DNA of 64,000 nucleotides from an uncultured candidate division WWE3 bacterium (GTDB lineage Bacteria > Patescibacteriota > WWE3 > UBA101185 > UBA10185). Of this stretch, positions 60,883-64,000 are shown in pieces. The notes under the pieces were generated by a model. It made no database searches. It was not told where the DNA came from and saw only the letters and a program-made list of their open reading frames with translations. A program made the translations under genes and the position numbers. Within the stretch, counting starts at the first letter, position 1, and each line of letters begins with the position of its first letter. The DNA lies in NCBI GenBank assembly GCA_963765125.1, contig CAVXUZ010000005.1, positions 33,596-97,595 on the forward strand. The letters are read 5' to 3'.

Positions 60883-63591
60883 ATGTTTAGAGTGCTTAAC
60901 GCAAAGAAACGAAAAGTAAAAAAGGCTATTAGAGTATTCAAAAGCAGATTCTTCAATTCAAAGCTTGGAGTTACTTCAATAACCAGAAAGATAGGTACTA
61001 TCGAGCTTGAGGGTAAACAACTTTATCTGGCTACATATCTTGCAACTTTCACTTTGGTAGGGTTAGTTGCTGCAACTTTTCTAGCACTCATAGTTTTGGC
61101 TGTCGTATCGCGACAACTACCCAACCCAAATCAACTTCTTGAGAGGAGTTACGAATTATCGACAAAAATTTACGATCGCAATAATGTACCGATTTATGAG
61201 GTTTATGGAGAAAAAAATAGGACGCTTGTTAAACTTTCAGATATTTCTCCAGACGTACAGCACGCGACTTTAGCAGTTGAGGATGCTGCTTTTTATACGC
61301 ATAAAGGTTTCTCGTTACGCGGAATGGCAAGAGCACTGCGCAATACAATAACTGGAAAAGGACTACAAGGCGGGTCAACTCTTACGCAGCAGGTTATTAA
61401 AAACACACTTTTAACTCAAGAACGTACGATTATGCGAAAACTGAAAGAGTTAGTTTTATCGTTACAGCTAGAAAATCGCTATTCAAAAGATGAAATTTTA
61501 CAAATGTACCTAAATGAGTCTCCTTATGGAGGGCAAAATTACGGCGTTTACACTGCGTCACGAGCCTATTTTGGAAAAGAACCTAAGGATCTCTCGCTCG
61601 CCCAGGCAGCATATTTATCTGGGCTCCCACAAAGACCTAGCTATTATTCACAGTATGGTACTAACCCAGAAGCTGGAATTGAAAGAAAAAATGCAGTTTT
61701 GGAATTAATGCACAAAAAAGGGTGGGTCGGCGCTGACGGAAAAAATTATTATATTAGTGATGAGGATTACGAAAAGGCGATAAATGAGGAGTTAATCTTT
61801 CAAGCTGCAAGTATTCCATTTTTAGCCCCACATTTTGTTTTTTATGTGAAACAAGAGCTGGTTGATTTATTTGGCGAAGATATTGTTGAACAGGGTGGCT
61901 TGCAGGTAAAAACTACTTTAGACTTGGAGTTTCAGGAGGAAGCACAAAAAATAGTGTTTGAAGAAGTCGAAGGTTCTAAAACTCTTAATGTCTACAATGG
62001 CGGTCTCATTGCATTAAACCCGAAAAATGGACAAATACTAGCGATGGTAGGTTCAAAAGGTTATTTCTTAGAATCAGAGCCTGAGGGCTGTATATCTGGT
62101 ATAACGGGAGAAAACAGCTGTTTATTTGAACCTGAACTTAATACCACAACAGCAAACAGACAGCCGGGCTCGAGTATTAAACCGTTAACTTATGCGTCGA
62201 TGCTGAATCAGGGCTACACCAGCTCGTTCACATTCTTAGACGTTCCTACAAAGTTTCCTGGTGAAGATGTAAACAAACCTTATGTACCAGAAAACTACGA
62301 TGGTACATTTCGCGGTCCAATGTCTTTAAGAAAATCATTAGCAAACTCATTAAATATTCCTGCAGTTAAGGCACTAAGAGTTGGTGGTCTTGATAATATG
62401 ATTGATTTTGCAGAAGAGCTTGGTATCACCACATTAAAACAGCGCGAGAGATTTGGATTAGCTTTAACTTTGGGCGGTGGAGAGACCAAGCTTTTAGAGA
62501 TGACTGGAGCATTTGGCGCGTTTGCAAATAAAGGAATGTTCTACAAGCCAATTGCAATTACCGAGGTTACAAACTCAAGAGGCGAAGTTTTATACAAATG
62601 GAGAGACGACGGTGGCAAAAAAGTGATGGGAGAAGAAGTAGCGTTTCTTATTTCAGATATTTTGTCTGATGATGGTGCAAGAAGCGATGCTTTTGGATTA
62701 GGCAGCTTGTTAAACATTTCTGGATATAAGGTTGCAGTTAAAACTGGTACAACGGATGACAAGCGTGATAACTACGCCATGGGTTATACGCCGTCAATTG
62801 CGATTGGTGTTTGGGTTGGTAATAATAATAACGATAAGATGAACCCCTACATTGCATCGGGTATAACAGGCGCAACACCAGTTTGGAATCGTACGATGAA
62901 ACATTATTTACAAAAATACTTTTCTGATGAAGAATCGCGAGAAAATTTTGAAGCTCCAAAAAATGTAGAAAAAATATCAATCGATAAACTTACGGGAATG
63001 CTACCTTACGACGATAAAGATACAAGGTCAGAGTGGTTTATCAAAGGAACAGAACCTACTGCAATTAGCGACTGGTATAAAAAGATAGAAATTTGCGAAG
63101 AAGATGGAAAGATTGCAAATGATTCATGCAAAGACGCTGATAATACAGACACAGAAACTTTTATAGACATTCAAGCCGAGTTGCCCGAGTGGCAATTGTA
63201 TGTGGACAAATGGGTTAGCGAAAATTATTCAGAAAAGGATGAATATTTTCCACCAAAAATGCAAACCTGTTTAGAATTTGATGATGACGGAGATGTCGAT
63301 GATGATAGTAAAGTTTGCGTAAAAATAATTAATTTCAACGACGGCGATCGTGTACCGTTAGATTTTAGACTAAGCGTTGAGGCCTCAAGTGCAAAAGACA
63401 TTGAAACTATAACAATTTATATGGACGGCGAAAAAATTACCGAAGATGACTCATCGCCATACGGTTATAATTTTGAACTTTCTGGAAATAAAATCGGCGA
63501 GCATACATTTAGAGTTACAGCAAAAGATGAAAAAGGAAATAAAGGCGAAGATGAGATTAAGCTGAACGTCAGTGGGTACCAGTTAGATTAA
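60883..63591 (+). CDS. Class A penicillin-binding protein (bifunctional glycosyltransferase/transpeptidase) with a C-terminal extra domain
   Basis: N-terminal TM. GT51 motifs (ATLAVEDAAFYTHKGFS; GGSTLTQQ). Transpeptidase SxxK (PGSSIKP), SxN and KTGTT motifs. A C-terminal roughly 180-aa Ig-like/acidic domain. 902 aa. Confidence 0.9.
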   Translation: MFRVLNAKKRKVKKAIRVFKSRFFNSKLGVTSITRKIGTIELEGKQLYLATYLATFTLVGLVAATFLALIVLAVVSRQLPNPNQLLERSYELSTKIYDRNNVPIYEVYGEKNRTLVKLSDISPDVQHATLAVEDAAFYTHKGFSLRGMARALRNTITGKGLQGGSTLTQQVIKNTLLTQERTIMRKLKELVLSLQLENRYSKDEILQMYLNESPYGGQNYGVYTASRAYFGKEPKDLSLAQAAYLSGLPQRPSYYSQYGTNPEAGIERKNAVLELMHKKGWVGADGKNYYISDEDYEKAINEELIFQAASIPFLAPHFVFYVKQELVDLFGEDIVEQGGLQVKTTLDLEFQEEAQKIVFEEVEGSKTLNVYNGGLIALNPKNGQILAMVGSKGYFLESEPEGCISGITGENSCLFEPELNTTTANRQPGSSIKPLTYASMLNQGYTSSFTFLDVPTKFPGEDVNKPYVPENYDGTFRGPMSLRKSLANSLNIPAVKALRVGGLDNMIDFAEELGITTLKQRERFGLALTLGGGETKLLEMTGAFGAFANKGMFYKPIAITEVTNSRGEVLYKWRDDGGKKVMGEEVAFLISDILSDDGARSDAFGLGSLLNISGYKVAVKTGTTDDKRDNYAMGYTPSIAIGVWVGNNNNDKMNPYIASGITGATPVWNRTMKHYLQKYFSDEESRENFEAPKNVEKISIDKLTGMLPYDDKDTRSEWFIKGTEPTAISDWYKKIEICEEDGKIANDSCKDADNTDTETFIDIQAELPEWQLYVDKWVSENYSEKDEYFPPKMQTCLEFDDDGDVDDDSKVCVKIINFNDGDRVPLDFRLSVEASSAKDIETITIYMDGEKITEDDSSPYGYNFELSGNKIGEHTFRVTAKDEKGNKGEDEIKLNVSGYQLD

Positions 63592-63966
63592 CTAGGATCT
63601 GCATTCATATCCGTAATCAGAGTTGAGCATTTTTATTAATCCATCACGTACTTTTTGTGTGTCACTAGTTTTGTATTTAATTTCAACCAAAACTGCTTTT
63701 TTATTATCCCCCACTTCGGTACCTATATATTCCTCGGTAACGTAAGCTTCATTAATAATCTCAGAAAACTTCTCAATATTTTGTAGAGCAGGGCCAAAAG
63801 ATTCATTAATGTTCATAACTAGTGAAATATTTTCTGTAGTAAAATCAGGAGCCTCATTAACTGGTCTTAAAGAAGTATTTTTAAATTTTAAAAGTTGTTG
63901 CGTGTTTAGTGTAAAACCTTGGACATCCAAAAAACCTATTTTATCTTTACCTATTAAAACATTCAC
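63592..63966 (-). CDS. Hypothetical protein (124 aa)
   Basis: ORF only. No motif recognised. Confidence 0.3.
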   Translation of the reverse strand: MNVLIGKDKIGFLDVQGFTLNTQQLLKFKNTSLRPVNEAPDFTTENISLVMNINESFGPALQNIEKFSEIINEAYVTEEYIGTEVGDNKKAVLVEIKYKTSDTQKVRDGLIKMLNSDYGYECRS

Positions 63967-64000
63967 ACCAAATTCGTTTTTTTCAAAAATGTAATTAGCT

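Noticed and set aside
1-64000. CRISPR arrays, rRNA genes, cas genes
   Set aside because: No short direct-repeat/spacer arrays were seen. There are no 16S/23S/5S-like conserved stretches. Only three tRNA or tRNA-like loci were found.

Overview
This is a low-GC, gene-dense bacterial chromosomal window. Its content points to a Candidate Phyla Radiation (Patescibacteria-like) organism, but that is inference, not proof. The evidence is a minimal housekeeping set, receiver-only response regulators, a membrane pyrophosphatase, many type IV pilus genes and no outer-membrane secretin.

Housekeeping genes are present throughout.
- Proteases: HtrA and a C-terminal fragment of an S41 (CtpA-like) protease.
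- Translation: prfA, rpmE, efp, trmD, rpsP and rpmF.
- Replication, recombination and repair: dnaB, ruvC, rnhB, gyrA, gyrB, holB, recG and a XerC/D-type recombinase.
- RNA processing, transcription and rRNA methylation: rnc, nusB and rsmD.
- Others: a YebC-family protein, hppA and a class A PBP.
- RNA genes: tRNA-Leu(CAA) on the plus strand, and tRNA-Ile(GAU) on the minus strand next to an atypical tRNA-like gene. No rRNA, CRISPR array, transposase or IS element was found.

There are two type IV pilus loci.
- Locus 1 is pilB-pilT-pilC, a major pilin and pilD at 28.4-34.1 kb. An extra pilin paralog lies at 25.1 kb.
- Locus 2 is a PilX-like gene, six pilins, a pseudopilin, a second PilX-like gene and pilM-pilN-pilO at 46.0-53.8 kb.

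Between the two pilus loci lies an accessory island of about 10.5 kb that I regard as the most interesting feature. It is wired to a PAS histidine kinase and a receiver-only response regulator. It encodes several novel secreted or membrane-anchored protein families.
- Four small proteins share a C-terminal C-x3-C-x6-C motif.
- Three tandem paralogous lipoprotein-like genes share a conserved promoter motif and an identical ribosome-binding site.
- Two giant secreted proteins (749 and 735 aa) have FN3-like repeats. One has an extremely Cys-rich N-terminal module. Their C-terminal 784 bp are about 99.7% identical at the nucleotide level, and the only differences are synonymous.

Other notable features:
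- a tRNA-like gene with a roughly 57-nt insertion in its anticodon loop;
- a very long terminator hairpin;
- a possible frameshift at the 3' end of rsmD;
- a VirD4/TraG-like P-loop ATPase;
- a tandem trio of zinc-ribbon proteins.
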